A DNA stretch of 46,107 nt, taken from the NCBI GenBank assembly GCA_964511115.1, contig CAZEEN010000001.1, positions 1 through 46,107 on the forward strand. The letters are read 5' to 3'. Positions 9,119-19,185 of this stretch are shown here, one piece after another; position 1 is the first letter of the stretch; every line of letters begins with the position of its first letter. Origin of the DNA: an uncultured Paludibacter sp. (GTDB lineage Bacteria; Bacteroidota; Bacteroidia; Bacteroidales; Paludibacteraceae). The notes below the pieces were generated by a model. It searched no databases. It saw nothing but the letters and a program-made list of their open reading frames with translations, and was not told the origin of the DNA. Position numbers and translations under genes: made by a program.

Positions 9119-10327
9119 TTATTTAATATATTTAGCTTTGTATCGCAGTAATGCTTCCAGAAAATAGTAATCGGCATAACACAATGCGCTGTCAATTTCG
9201 TATTTTTTTGGCATATTCCCCACATTGTGCATCAATAAAAATCCGCCATTTGTTCCCTGTTTTGCTAAATAATTAGATGAAGCCAAACTTCTCAATATCT
9301 TTTCCGCAGCACTTCTATAAGTTATGGCATCCTGTTTTCCTACATAACCGCTCAATTCAATGAGTGCCGATGCAATAATAGCAGCCGATGAGGCATCACG
9401 TGGCTCATTGGGTATTTTGGGTGCGTTAAAATCCCAATATGGTATTTTATCTTTCGGTAAATTTGGATGATTAAGAATAAACTTTGCAATATTATTAGCT
9501 TGTGCCAAATAACGTTTGTCCTTCGTTTCGCGATAACAAACCGTGAAACCGTACAATCCCCAGGCTTGCCCGCGCGCCCAAGCAGATGCATCAGCACAAC
9601 CCTGATTGGTCACTTTTTTGATAATATGGCCATCTGTCAGGTCATAATCTATCAAATGATAACTGCTGTAATCTTTTCTGAAATGGTTTTTAATGGTCGA
9701 AATTGCGTGATTTATAGCTACTTCCCGGTATTTCGGGTCGTTAGAAAATTTACTTGCCCAGAACAACATTTCCAGGTTCATCATGTTGTCGATAATCACC
9801 GGACAATTGTAAAACTCGCTTTTATCCCACGATTGAATTGATTTGATTTCCGGACGATAACGTGTTAATAATGAATTGCTTGCAGTCATAATAATTCCCG
9901 GATAAGTTTGGTTGTTTGTAATTCGGTAACCATTTCCAAAACTGCAATACAACATGAAACCCACATCGTGGTTATTGGTATTAAATTTCTCTGATTCAAT
10001 GCGTTTGCTGAATTTTTGGGCATAATTGAGCATCGTGCTGTCTTTGCTGTATTCGTAAAGGTACCACAGCGAACCAGGGAAAAATCCACTTGTCCACCAG
10101 CTGATATCCGATGTTACAAGATTTCCGTTTGCATCGGTTGAGCGTGGAACACGACCGTCTAAATTATACACCTGTTTGGCAAATGGCGTGTACTGTTTTT
10201 GTGCAAACGTAAAAACGTCATCAATAAGCACTTTCATACTTTTCGCTTTTTCGGCACTAAAAGTTATTTGGGTGCAAAATGCAAATAAAACAGTGATATA
10301 AATGCTTTTAAATCTTTTCGATAACAT
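9119..10327 (-). CDS. GH88 unsaturated glucuronyl hydrolase
   Basis: WWTSGFFPGSLW, NHDVGF, VIIDNMMNLEML, WARGQAWGLYG, IPYWDF, RDASSAAI, YADYYFLEAL. Confidence 0.93.
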   Translation of the reverse strand: MLSKRFKSIYITVLFAFCTQITFSAEKAKSMKVLIDDVFTFAQKQYTPFAKQVYNLDGRVPRSTDANGNLVTSDISWWTSGFFPGSLWYLYEYSKDSTMLNYAQKFSKRIESEKFNTNNHDVGFMLYCSFGNGYRITNNQTYPGIIMTASNSLLTRYRPEIKSIQSWDKSEFYNCPVIIDNMMNLEMLFWASKFSNDPKYREVAINHAISTIKNHFRKDYSSYHLIDYDLTDGHIIKKVTNQGCADASAWARGQAWGLYGFTVCYRETKDKRYLAQANNIAKFILNHPNLPKDKIPYWDFNAPKIPNEPRDASSAAIIASALIELSGYVGKQDAITYRSAAEKILRSLASSNYLAKQGTNGGFLLMHNVGNMPKKYEIDSALCYADYYFLEALLRYKAKYIK

Positions 10328-11681
10328 ACGAATAGGTTTGCGGTTTGTTAAGTATGTAAATTAGTTTTTCAATTTCGATTATTCTTGCTTTCAGCTTCGG
10401 CTCATTGTCAATTTCTTTCAAATAAGTTTGAGCAGTCATAATATAATAGCCTGAATTTGCTTCGGGATTGTTTTTTTGCAATCTCATTTCTTCGATAAAC
10501 CTTTTCAGGTAGGCTTTTGCTGAGTCGGGACTGCTGTCCTTCAATTTCGTAAGTTGCTTTATTTCTATTCTTCGCAAAGTTCTGATAATGTTCTCATTCG
10601 CAAACCGTTCTTCCACCAATTTGGCAATGCTGTCCGAAATGTGATATTGCGGTGTTTTGTTGTTTAAAGCGAGATTTACACCTTTTTCAAAATCAGAGTT
10701 TTCATAGGTTCCAATATTTATTGTGTTGATTTTAACTTGATAAATTCCTTTATCGAGATAACTGATTTTCAGTATTTGTTGGTTCAAACTATCAATAATC
10801 GGGACTAAATCGTAGGCTTCTTTTGCTGCTTCTACTTTTGGAAATGGCAATGCCAACTCCTTGTTTTTAAATGAAAGTTTATTGGATTTGAAAGTCAACT
10901 TTGAAACTTCGCAATTTTCCTGCAACTGAGTTTTCTTGTTTTTTACATCAATGGCCAGATTCCACACCTGTTTTGGGGCTTTGGTCTGAGTCAGAAAGAG
11001 GTAAGCCATTACCAAATGCCCTGCAGCTTGCGGGTGAATTCTATCTTTTCCAATCAGCGTGAAATTGGGATTTGCTTGCTGCATTCGACTATTGAGGTCA
11101 AACATCGGTTTCCAAAAATCAACCACCGTGGCATTGTATTCTTTCCCAAGGCTTATTACAAAGTCCCTACATTCGCCCAAAGCGGCATTTACCCCTTTCA
11201 GGTTTTCTACCGCAATAGCCTCAGATTCGTCGTAAATGGTGGGTGTAAAGAAAATGGTTTTCAGTTTGTGACTACGATATGAATCGGCGATTCTTATAAC
11301 ATTTTTTTTGTAGTTTTCAATGGCTTTCTTCTTCAAACTGTCGGCATTTGCCACCACTTTTTTACTTGAATATAAATTTCTGTTCACATCATTCATTCCG
11401 GCACTCAAAGTAGCTACCGTAGCGTTATTATCATAAATATCCTTCTGTAATCTGCCGTACATGCCCGAAGCCACGTCGCCCGAAATGCCACAGTTGATAA
11501 ACTTAAGATTCATTTCCGGAAAACGCGTGGCATAATACAGGTAAATGTATGAGTGATAACGGCCACCATGGGTGATACTGTTACCCATAAAGCAAACTAC
11601 ATCATTGTTCTTAAAAAGCGGTTGTGCAAAAATACTGGTGCAAATTAAAGCTACCGAAATCAGGAAAATAATTCTTTTCAT
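10308..11681 (-). CDS. SGNH/GDSL-family esterase (probable carbohydrate O-acetylesterase)
   Basis: MGNSIT (block I), CGISGD, GMND, DRIHP (DxxH); signal peptide. Confidence 0.88.
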   Translation of the reverse strand: MKRIIFLISVALICTSIFAQPLFKNNDVVCFMGNSITHGGRYHSYIYLYYATRFPEMNLKFINCGISGDVASGMYGRLQKDIYDNNATVATLSAGMNDVNRNLYSSKKVVANADSLKKKAIENYKKNVIRIADSYRSHKLKTIFFTPTIYDESEAIAVENLKGVNAALGECRDFVISLGKEYNATVVDFWKPMFDLNSRMQQANPNFTLIGKDRIHPQAAGHLVMAYLFLTQTKAPKQVWNLAIDVKNKKTQLQENCEVSKLTFKSNKLSFKNKELALPFPKVEAAKEAYDLVPIIDSLNQQILKISYLDKGIYQVKINTINIGTYENSDFEKGVNLALNNKTPQYHISDSIAKLVEERFANENIIRTLRRIEIKQLTKLKDSSPDSAKAYLKRFIEEMRLQKNNPEANSGYYIMTAQTYLKEIDNEPKLKARIIEIEKLIYILNKPQTYSYVIEKI

Positions 11682-11694
11682 ATAATTGAAATAA

Positions 11695-11718
11695 GCCCCC
11701 TAACCCCCTAAAGGGGGA
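11695..11718. repeat. REP-like short palindrome, single copy
   Basis: GCCCCCTAACCCCCTAAAGGGGGA, with an internal CCCCCT/AGGGGG hairpin. Same family as the pair at 42137-42204. Confidence 0.7.
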
Positions 11719-11750
11719 ATAGAGAGAAGTTACATTGTTATTGTTATAAA

Positions 11751-14537
11751 TTACAAAACTGCTGTTGAACCAACAACCTTCACCATTATTTTTTTATGCA
11801 AGACCACATCGCCTTCTTGAATAATAATACGGATGCAGGTCTCACCGGTTCCTTTCGCAGTAATTTCGCCTGAAGCTGATATTTCAGCCAATTCGGGGTT
11901 TTCCGATTGAAAGTTTATTTTTGCATCAGACAGATTTACAGGTCGGTTATAATTCGTTATTCCTTCGAATGTTAGTTTCAGTTTATCGCCGATTTTCAGA
12001 TTAATATCTTTCTGATTGATTTTTACATCCGAAAATACTTCACGGTAAGCATGATTGATATATTCATTTGCCGAGGCTTCATCCTTGTGGAATTTTAAAA
12101 TATCAATCGTAAAACTCCTTGATTTTTCGGGATTGCAGATGCGCACATAACGTGCTTTAAAAGCCGGAAAACTAAATAGTTGAGGCATCGCAACTTTCAA
12201 ACCATCGACAACAGAGCTAGTTCCTGAGTAAACCGATTTCCACGTTTTTTGGTCAATTGAGGTCTGAATTTCAAAAGTATAAATTGCATTTTGGTATGTA
12301 AATCCAATAGTAGCCGCACCAACAGAACAAACTTCCCCTAAATCATATTCGGCATAAGTGCCGCCTACAATTTTAGGAGCTGCAATGCGGTGATTGGCAA
12401 AGCTTTCGTCCCAGTTGCTGTACTCTTTAGCTGCACTGGCAACTATCTGCACCGGTTTTTCGCGGAAATAAACGAAATAGCTTGAGGATTTCATTCCTTC
12501 GGCAGAAACTGTTATTTCGGCTTTTCCGGGAATGGTTTTGGCTTGTTTTACAGTAATTTTTACGCCATTAGTTGCTTTTGAAGTAACAACCGGAATTTTC
12601 TGATTTTCAGTATAAAAATCGTATGTAAAATTTCGGGCATCGAAATGCTCAACAGTCTTATTGTCAATTAAAATATTGGTTAACATAGCTTCCTTTTCAA
12701 CAGAAATCTTCCATGTATCTAAAGCCTGAAAATGTAATGTTTCCACCCTAGGCGTTTCACCATTGCGGACAGGCACAAATACCACTGCCAATTTCAAATC
12801 AGTTTCGGTATTGGTATGAATGGTCAGTTTTTTTGCCTCAAAAGTCCAGTCCTGCTTACTTTCAACAGGGCGCGTATAAACGAGCGGTTCAGTTCCCATA
12901 ACCGTAAAACGGGCATCTTTTGGAGCTTTTGCCATGTAAACCAACATTTTTTCATTGCCACGATACAGCATTGCCGAACGGCCATCAGGTGCGATTTCTA
13001 TACCAGCTTCGGTTTGCATAAACCAATAAGAATCAAGCGGTTTTCCATCTAATGTTGAAATTTCATCCTGTATCAATACTTTTCGGCGTGAGTCGAACAT
13101 TTTCAATCCCCGTTTGGCCGATTTGGCAATATTGGCATAGTCGGGCGTCATGTCAACTACAGCGAATGATTCTTGCAAATTACTTCCCTGATTAACAATA
13201 GGGCATTTCTCCCAGCCTTTGTTGTCAATACCCAAACCCGGATTAATAATGTTACAATTATGACCTTCGGCTCGCAATTTATAGTATAGTCGAGGCTGAA
13301 CGTTGTAATCTTTGATAGTATAATTTTCAAGACCCAAATCCAGACACCATTGTTCGTCAAGCGCATTCAGGAAAAATGTTCCCGTATTGGTATGGCGGTG
13401 AAAGAAATTGGCTTGTCGGTAATCGTCAGTTCCTTTAATGCCTGCAAATAACGCATTTTCATCCTCCCAACCACTACGCATCACAGCCAACTGTGCACCG
13501 ATAAATTGTTTGTCGAGTGGTAGCTTTTGGTAATTTTGAGGGTCGGTTTTAAACTTCTGAGGATTGTACCACAGCAGATTATTGACTTTTCCGCTATAAT
13601 CGGGGTTTTCACCTTTTGCAACGAAAGCGTCATTTTCTAGTGCAAACTGATTCAAATCAGGTCTTTTAAATTTATTGGCAATCCAGAACATCTGCCCCAA
13701 ATTATAAAAACCACCGTTGCTGTAACAATCGCTGTATTTTACACAAATACCTTTTCGGGGCATGGTGGTGTTCATTACAAAATCGCCATAGCCCATCAAA
13801 CTGGGTTCATCGCTCAATCCAAAACTCTCACCAAAAGCAGTATCCAATGTTGCCAAACCCGAAAATAGCACCAAATTACTCCAGGCCATGTAATGTGGTC
13901 CTTCGGGAGTAACGCCATCGGGTTTGTACCATGTCAGGTTTAAAGTGTTGATTGCCAAATTAAAAATCTTTTTGGCGTATTCAGGCTCTTCATCGGCAAT
14001 AGCCACTGAACCAACTATTGCACCAGCATTCATCACATGATTAAAATTGTGGAAGTTGGTTTTATTCGGGTCTTTCAGATAAGCATCCAGCACTTTTATT
14101 AATAGTTTTCGCAAATCTTCTCGTTGAGTTGAGGTCATGAAATCGAACAACCAATCGTACACACAGCCCAAGCGCATAAGCATTGGTCCAAAATGGTGTC
14201 CGCCCGCTTTTATAGATTTATCCCAATCGTAAGTCAATGCTGTAGAGATTGCTTCATCCATTTTCTGCTTATCACCGGTCAATATAAAAGCAAGAGCCAA
14301 CGCATCCATTGTTTTTTCCTCTTTTAGCTCTTTCAACCAACCTTGCATAGTGGCATTTGTTTTCAGGTTCTGCTTTATGGCTTCAAAGTCATTTACCAAG
14401 ACGCGGGGATGCGTCTTTTTCATTGTACTTATTTCCACTGGTTTAATGTGGTTAGAAAAGGGTTGTGCTGCTATTTTATTGATAGCCAAAAACAAAACTA
14501 TAAGAAGTACAAGTGAAGTGATAATTCGTTTTTTCAT
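11751..14537 (-). CDS. Heparinase II/III-like polysaccharide lyase with C-terminal discoidin-like and Ig-like (Big_2) domains
   Basis: HPRVL start, helical N-terminal domain, DGVTPEGPHY, MRSGW, HRHTNTGTF..DLG, RAEGHN. C-terminal YDLG...ARYVRI and FQSENPELAEISASGEITAKGTGET. Confidence 0.8.
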   Translation of the reverse strand: MKKRIITSLVLLIVLFLAINKIAAQPFSNHIKPVEISTMKKTHPRVLVNDFEAIKQNLKTNATMQGWLKELKEEKTMDALALAFILTGDKQKMDEAISTALTYDWDKSIKAGGHHFGPMLMRLGCVYDWLFDFMTSTQREDLRKLLIKVLDAYLKDPNKTNFHNFNHVMNAGAIVGSVAIADEEPEYAKKIFNLAINTLNLTWYKPDGVTPEGPHYMAWSNLVLFSGLATLDTAFGESFGLSDEPSLMGYGDFVMNTTMPRKGICVKYSDCYSNGGFYNLGQMFWIANKFKRPDLNQFALENDAFVAKGENPDYSGKVNNLLWYNPQKFKTDPQNYQKLPLDKQFIGAQLAVMRSGWEDENALFAGIKGTDDYRQANFFHRHTNTGTFFLNALDEQWCLDLGLENYTIKDYNVQPRLYYKLRAEGHNCNIINPGLGIDNKGWEKCPIVNQGSNLQESFAVVDMTPDYANIAKSAKRGLKMFDSRRKVLIQDEISTLDGKPLDSYWFMQTEAGIEIAPDGRSAMLYRGNEKMLVYMAKAPKDARFTVMGTEPLVYTRPVESKQDWTFEAKKLTIHTNTETDLKLAVVFVPVRNGETPRVETLHFQALDTWKISVEKEAMLTNILIDNKTVEHFDARNFTYDFYTENQKIPVVTSKATNGVKITVKQAKTIPGKAEITVSAEGMKSSSYFVYFREKPVQIVASAAKEYSNWDESFANHRIAAPKIVGGTYAEYDLGEVCSVGAATIGFTYQNAIYTFEIQTSIDQKTWKSVYSGTSSVVDGLKVAMPQLFSFPAFKARYVRICNPEKSRSFTIDILKFHKDEASANEYINHAYREVFSDVKINQKDINLKIGDKLKLTFEGITNYNRPVNLSDAKINFQSENPELAEISASGEITAKGTGETCIRIIIQEGDVVLHKKIMVKVVGSTAVL

Positions 14538-14561
14538 TTTTTTTATGTGAAAGTTTTTTTA

Positions 14562-16673
14562 CTATTCTTTAATATACAAATAGTTTATAAGTTTCTCTGG
14601 AATTGTAAGTGCTAACTTTTTTCTGTCAACGGGTTTATTCCAGTTTTCCAGAAAAACAGCCAGCGATTTATCCTCTGTAAAAATATTATTTTTTGAACTT
14701 ATCAAACTATCGGCATTTTGAATAGAGCTTTGCGTTCTGAAGTAATTTTCATGTTTCAATGGAATTGAAAAATTGCCAATAGTATTATCAGTAAATGAGT
14801 TAGAGTTTACGTAAATCCTTTCCTCTTTCATAAAATTTTTCAATTCGGGATAATGCGAAATATAAAGTGCTGGTATTGAGCCTTCATTTCCATATTGTTC
14901 TTTCCATACTTTGGCAAAAAAATCGGTATATCTTTTTTTACCCCAAGTGGAAAAATGAAAACTCAACTCAAAGGTTTCACTACAATCCAAAAATAGGTTG
15001 TTTTTTACGTTTACATAGGAGCAGGTATTTCCCAAAACTGCTGCTACACGTGCGCCTTTGTTGCCAATTTTGTAGAAAAGGTTGTCCTCAATACGCCAGC
15101 CCGCACTGGCTTCATCGGCATAGATGGCATAAACACTTTCACCAATCAAACCTATATCGTGAAAATAATTCCCGCGGATTATCTGCCCTCTCATCAGTTG
15201 GTTTTTTCCAAGAAAACCGTAAATAGCACCAAAGTCCTTAAACTCAAGCAACACGTTTGAAATTTCGTTTTTCTCTATCAGCTGGTCGTTTCCCGAAATG
15301 GTAATAGCACCGTGTGGTGCATCGTGTATTTTGTTGCCAATAACGTTGTTTCCCACGCCCGATAGCTTTATTGCGGGCGAATAAACCCTGTCGTAGAATG
15401 CCCAGTCGTATATTTCACAACCCACCACCGAATTATTTCCTTTTTCCAGCGTTTCATAATTTCCGCCTTCCAATACAATGGCTGAGCTTCCAATGGTATG
15501 AATCAGACAGTTTTCGACACTATTATTTTGGCCATCTATAATCAGTGCAGAAATTCCAAAGTTTCTGAATTCGCAGTTTTTAAATGAAACTTCATTGCAA
15601 TTATGAAGCGATACAGCCTTTAATCTGCCGAGTTCAAAACATATATTTTCAACCTTAAAATTGCTAATACTTTCGAGGTTCAATAGCTCTTGCGAAGTAT
15701 ATGTAAGGGCAATATTGGCTGTTTTTGGATTATAATCTGCTGGTGGATAGAAATACAGTTTACCGCTTTGTCTATCAATAAAATACTCACCCGGCACATC
15801 AATTTCTTCGAGCAAATTAGTGGCAAAGAAAAAAGAATGAACACTTGTCATATCATATTTTTCATCGTAGGTGAGCGAAATAGTTTTGCTCACGGTGTCA
15901 ATTGCATTCACCTTATTGAGCGACCACGACCAATCCCTTGAAAAGATGCCATCTACCCACAAGTCTTTGGCTTCCAGCCATTTTTCAACCCGCTTGTCAC
16001 TGTATTGAAAACTACCGCCTTGACCTGCCGATACTGTTTTTTTGCTTTCATCAATAGGCAATTCCACTTTTTTGAATCCAGGATTCGTTATCTTTTTTAT
16101 TGGAATAACGGTTGTTCTGTTTTTCAATAATTGTGGGTCACCCCCATTTGGATAACGCGCCAAGGTCATTCTATTTCCATTATAAAATAGTTGTGGAGGG
16201 GCAATTCCGGCACTTCTGCCAAAACCGATACATTTTATTTCGCCTAAATCTGTAATTCCAGCTTTTTTCAAATCCAGCTCTAACACCTTTTCTCTGGCTT
16301 CTTTACTGATAATTCTACTTTTTATTTTGGGGTCGGAGAGTGGTTTGAAAAGTTTGGCGTTCAGCGTTTTGCCACCCGAAAAGAGTACTGTTCCTGTTCC
16401 TTTTACGATGATGGGCGCATTCATTTTGGAGGGATATTTCCCCGTAAATTTCAATGTATTTTGCAAGGAATAAACTCCCTCCTTGAATTCAACAATAAGC
16501 GTGTCTGACAGGGAACCCGACTGCAAATGTTGGTTCACTTCCTTCATAAACAATTGATTCCAAGCAACATTATCTGCTGAAAATGTAATCAGCTTATTAT
16601 TGGCATACAAATTCTGAAAGGCAAAAAACGCACAAAGTGCCACCACCATCATTTTATAATTTATTTTTATCAT
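14562..16673 (-). CDS. Right-handed parallel beta-helix glycan-active protein (GH141-like)
   Basis: QLFYNGNRMTLARYPN, LLEEIDVPGEYFIDRQSGKLYFYPP, DFGAIY, AIYADE, IRGNYFHD-type coils; signal peptide. Confidence 0.75.
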   Translation of the reverse strand: MIKINYKMMVVALCAFFAFQNLYANNKLITFSADNVAWNQLFMKEVNQHLQSGSLSDTLIVEFKEGVYSLQNTLKFTGKYPSKMNAPIIVKGTGTVLFSGGKTLNAKLFKPLSDPKIKSRIISKEAREKVLELDLKKAGITDLGEIKCIGFGRSAGIAPPQLFYNGNRMTLARYPNGGDPQLLKNRTTVIPIKKITNPGFKKVELPIDESKKTVSAGQGGSFQYSDKRVEKWLEAKDLWVDGIFSRDWSWSLNKVNAIDTVSKTISLTYDEKYDMTSVHSFFFATNLLEEIDVPGEYFIDRQSGKLYFYPPADYNPKTANIALTYTSQELLNLESISNFKVENICFELGRLKAVSLHNCNEVSFKNCEFRNFGISALIIDGQNNSVENCLIHTIGSSAIVLEGGNYETLEKGNNSVVGCEIYDWAFYDRVYSPAIKLSGVGNNVIGNKIHDAPHGAITISGNDQLIEKNEISNVLLEFKDFGAIYGFLGKNQLMRGQIIRGNYFHDIGLIGESVYAIYADEASAGWRIEDNLFYKIGNKGARVAAVLGNTCSYVNVKNNLFLDCSETFELSFHFSTWGKKRYTDFFAKVWKEQYGNEGSIPALYISHYPELKNFMKEERIYVNSNSFTDNTIGNFSIPLKHENYFRTQSSIQNADSLISSKNNIFTEDKSLAVFLENWNKPVDRKKLALTIPEKLINYLYIKE

Positions 16674-16710
16674 TGCCTTTGTTTTTGAAGTAATTTTTGG
16701 GTGTAGTTTG

Positions 16711-16740
16711 GCTAACTACAGCAAAAAAACCGTAGTTAGC
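16711..16740. terminator. Intergenic hairpin (attenuator or mRNA-stabilising stem)
   Basis: Perfect 9-bp stem GCTAACTAC/GTAGTTAGC. No U-tract on the minus strand. Confidence 0.45.
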
Positions 16741-16766
16741 TATACTTGCAAAACATTAATTGTATT

Positions 16767-19154
16767 TTAGAGAATGGATATTTTTTGAACCGTTTGTTTT
16801 CCTTTCGTGTTAGTAAAACGAATAATATAAATCCCCTGACTCAAATTGGTAATTGCTTTATTTACAGCTTTATATTGTAGAATTTGCGCCCCTTGAAGAT
16901 TGAAAATCTGTAAATTGCCTGTTTCATTTGCAACAATTGTTTTACCAATTACAGAAATTGAATTGGAAGCATTTACCGAGTTTAATGCTGTTGCGGTACT
17001 TGTAGTAACCGAATTGGAGACTGCCGATTCAGCTGAATTCAAAGTAGAAATTCCATCTCCTTTGGCGACAACTGTATAAGTATAAGCCGTTTCCGATGTA
17101 AGACCAGTAATTGCCAAACTTGCTGTAGCTTGTCCACTGGCGTTCAACGTTTTAATCAAACTTGTTTCTTGATAAACATTCACATCGTAACTTGAAGCAC
17201 TGGTTACTGCTGTCCAATTGGCAGTGAAACCTGTGGCATTTAGCGCTGTAGCATCTGAAACTGTGGGAGTAGAAAGAATTTTGAAACTCACTTGGGTACC
17301 ATAGTTCGTTTTGGTTGCATTGGTTGCATAAGCTCTTACATAATAAGCTGTACCTGCTTCTAAGCCCGTAATAGTTTCTGTAAAAGTTCCTAATCCTGCT
17401 GTTGCATCTGCTACTACAGTATTTGGAGCACTAATTGTAGGATTTGAAGTTATTCCCCAACATACACCGCGTGCAGAAATTGATGCTCCACCATCGCTTG
17501 TAACATTACCACTTACAGTTACAGAAGTGGAAGTTAACTGAGTGGGAGTTGATGTGTTGTCTAATACCGGCATTCCAGTACCAAAACTTGCTGAAGCAGC
17601 TGATTCCGGAGAATCGAATGTAGATGAATTACCTACGGCTGTTACCTTGTAAGTATAAGTAACGTTTGTAGTTAAGCCATTCAAAGCTAAACTTGTAGCT
17701 GCCGCACCGCTCGCCAGAAATGTAAACTTAAGTGTTGGAGTAGCATCATAGACTTTAACAATATAATTGACTGCTCCAGCTACTGTTGTCCAATTGGCAG
17801 TACAACCAGTTGTTGTAATTGAAGTTGCTGCATTAGCAGTAGGAGCTGTTAAAACAGAGTAAGTTGATTGCCAAGCTAAAATAGGATAACCTCCATTCAA
17901 ATTTGTTGCATCACTTGCCCATGCTGATGGAGTTTGACCATTCTCCAGCAAAGTAATAAAACCTGCATCTTGCAATTCAGATGCCAATTTCGAAGTTCCA
18001 CCATTGGTATTAGTTAAAGTCAAAGTGCTTAAATAATAACTGTTGGTTACATAACCTGTTCCGGTGGCAGTTGAGCCTTTTAGAGCTCCTGCAATAGCTT
18101 CAACAGTGCCTCCTGTTTTTGTAGCAGTTACTGCACCAGTATTATAACAATTTGTAATTGCCTGAAAATATTTATCAGTTCCAGTTCCTCCCGGGTAACC
18201 CAATATACCGCCGTTTAGAGAACTGCTTGCACTGCTTGAGGTCTGTTTAACAACAGCTGTATTGTAACAATTCGACACATTAAAGGATGCGCCATAACCT
18301 AACCCCACAATACCCCCGGCATCTGTGTTCACAGACGATATAATCCCTTTATTAAAGCATTCTTTTATGGTTAAGATTGCACCAGAAGCACTACCTGCTA
18401 TTCCTCCCGCATTACTAATGGCAGTAACTGCACCAGTATTGTAGCAGTAGCGTATATAACTAACACCACTAGCAGTGACTGCATTACCTGCAATTCCACC
18501 TACATGTAGTCCGGCACCTGCACAAGTTATGGTTCCCGAATTTGAACAATACTCAATAATACCGGTAGTTGTAGCGGAACCAAAAGTGCCAACAATTCCT
18601 GCCACACTATTAATTCCCTTTACATTAATTGCATTTTTACAATTAATAAACTGAGCGTAAATTGATCTTCCTGCAAATGCTCCAGCGGTCGATCCCGAGT
18701 TGGTAACCGTTATTGATCCAGAAGCAACGATTAGGTTTTTGATAATCACATTCTTACTGGATGTACCGGTTGGATAGCCAAATAAACCAGCGTAAAGCGT
18801 GGTAGCATTATTGATATAGATGTTGCTGATAATATGGTTGTCACCATCAAAAACACCAGCAAAAGCGGTTGCTGTGGCTATTCCGATGGGTGTCCATGAA
18901 TAGGTTGGTCCGTTCAAATCAATATCAGCAGTAAGCTGATAATACTTTCCAGCTGTATTTACATTCGCAGTTTGAGTTGCATTAGCCTGCGAAGCCAAAT
19001 AAGCCAATTGTTCGGCAGTAGCAATCTGATAAGGGTCGATAGAAGTACCTGAGCCACCTGCAAAAGCAGCCGCTGCAGTTCCATCCCAAGGTGTGATTGC
19101 CATGGCAGAAACCGCCAGCAAAGCGCAAAATAATAATGTAAGTAGTTTTTTCAT
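16767..19154 (-). CDS. GLUG-like beta-helix module + three FN3-like domains + T9SS type A CTD (paralog A)
   Basis: Signal peptide, GGSGTSIDPYQIATAEQL cap, GGIAG..CYNTGAV coils, FN3 motifs (TANWT..YTYKVTA), CTD LSQGIYIIRF..KISIL. Confidence 0.85.
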   Translation of the reverse strand: MKKLLTLLFCALLAVSAMAITPWDGTAAAAFAGGSGTSIDPYQIATAEQLAYLASQANATQTANVNTAGKYYQLTADIDLNGPTYSWTPIGIATATAFAGVFDGDNHIISNIYINNATTLYAGLFGYPTGTSSKNVIIKNLIVASGSITVTNSGSTAGAFAGRSIYAQFINCKNAINVKGINSVAGIVGTFGSATTTGIIEYCSNSGTITCAGAGLHVGGIAGNAVTASGVSYIRYCYNTGAVTAISNAGGIAGSASGAILTIKECFNKGIISSVNTDAGGIVGLGYGASFNVSNCYNTAVVKQTSSSASSSLNGGILGYPGGTGTDKYFQAITNCYNTGAVTATKTGGTVEAIAGALKGSTATGTGYVTNSYYLSTLTLTNTNGGTSKLASELQDAGFITLLENGQTPSAWASDATNLNGGYPILAWQSTYSVLTAPTANAATSITTTGCTANWTTVAGAVNYIVKVYDATPTLKFTFLASGAAATSLALNGLTTNVTYTYKVTAVGNSSTFDSPESAASASFGTGMPVLDNTSTPTQLTSTSVTVSGNVTSDGGASISARGVCWGITSNPTISAPNTVVADATAGLGTFTETITGLEAGTAYYVRAYATNATKTNYGTQVSFKILSTPTVSDATALNATGFTANWTAVTSASSYDVNVYQETSLIKTLNASGQATASLAITGLTSETAYTYTVVAKGDGISTLNSAESAVSNSVTTSTATALNSVNASNSISVIGKTIVANETGNLQIFNLQGAQILQYKAVNKAITNLSQGIYIIRFTNTKGKQTVQKISIL

Positions 19155-19185
19155 ATTGATAGAATTTAATAAGTTGAATTGCTTT

